NCBI GenBank assembly: GCA_001643675.2
Contig: LSRY02000002.1
Coordinates: forward strand, 620,001-684,000
Origin: Monocercomonoides exilis PA203
Lineage: Eukaryota > Protista > Preaxostyla
Direction of reading: 5' to 3'
DNA: 64,000 nt
Positions 63,961 through 64,000 of this stretch are shown one piece after another; within the stretch, counting starts at the first letter, position 1; every line of letters starts with the position of its first letter. The notes under the pieces are model-generated. The model ran no database searches. It saw only the letters and a program-made list of their open reading frames with translations, and was not told the origin of the DNA. The position numbers were made by a program, and so were the translations under genes.

Positions 63961-64000
63961 ACATGTGTGATAATTTTTGAAATCTTGTGTTCTTTCGAAG

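Noticed and set aside
63713-63969. Transib/RSS-like CAC...GTG termini around the MITE
   Set aside because: Not conserved in other copies and no 5-bp TSD. ACAT duplication explains the flanks more simply.
1-64000. Non-standard genetic code (TAR=Gln, as in some oxymonads), CRISPR arrays, tRNA or rRNA genes
   Set aside because: Conserved genes end at TAA and long ORFs are open under the standard code. No repeat-spacer array, cloverleaf or rRNA gene was seen.

Overview
Gene-dense eukaryotic genomic window from an anaerobic protist. It is most consistent with the oxymonad Monocercomonoides; this is an inference from PPDK, giant PMP/beta-helix surface proteins, a receptor pseudokinase, poly-Ser/poly-Glu tracts, short GT-AG introns and the standard code with TAA stops. 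Reading across introns gives: a partial GW/WG plus RG-repeat protein running off the left edge, a 3344-aa surface protein, a 6-exon UCH deubiquitinase, a UBL/BTB-like/LRR protein, a bacterial-type secreted GH3 beta-N-acetylhexosaminidase, an ARM-like/SPRY-like protein, RPL14, a divergent MED4, OLA1/YchF, a 2-TM protein, a DDT-PHD-WHIM chromatin factor, PPDK, a ~4.2k-aa receptor-like pseudokinase, and a surface-protein pseudogene. Three things stand out. (1) An unannotated dual-guide box C/D snoRNA lies in the PPDK intron that splits the catalytic phospho-His motif, and both guides match the LSU rRNA peptidyl-transferase region. (2) A TIR element family (GGGTGATT...AATCACCC, ACAT 4-bp flanks) includes several MITEs and one 4.3-kb cargo-carrying copy. 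(3) The GW/RG protein resembles an Argonaute hook. All domain calls are by-eye motif recognition; no searches were run.
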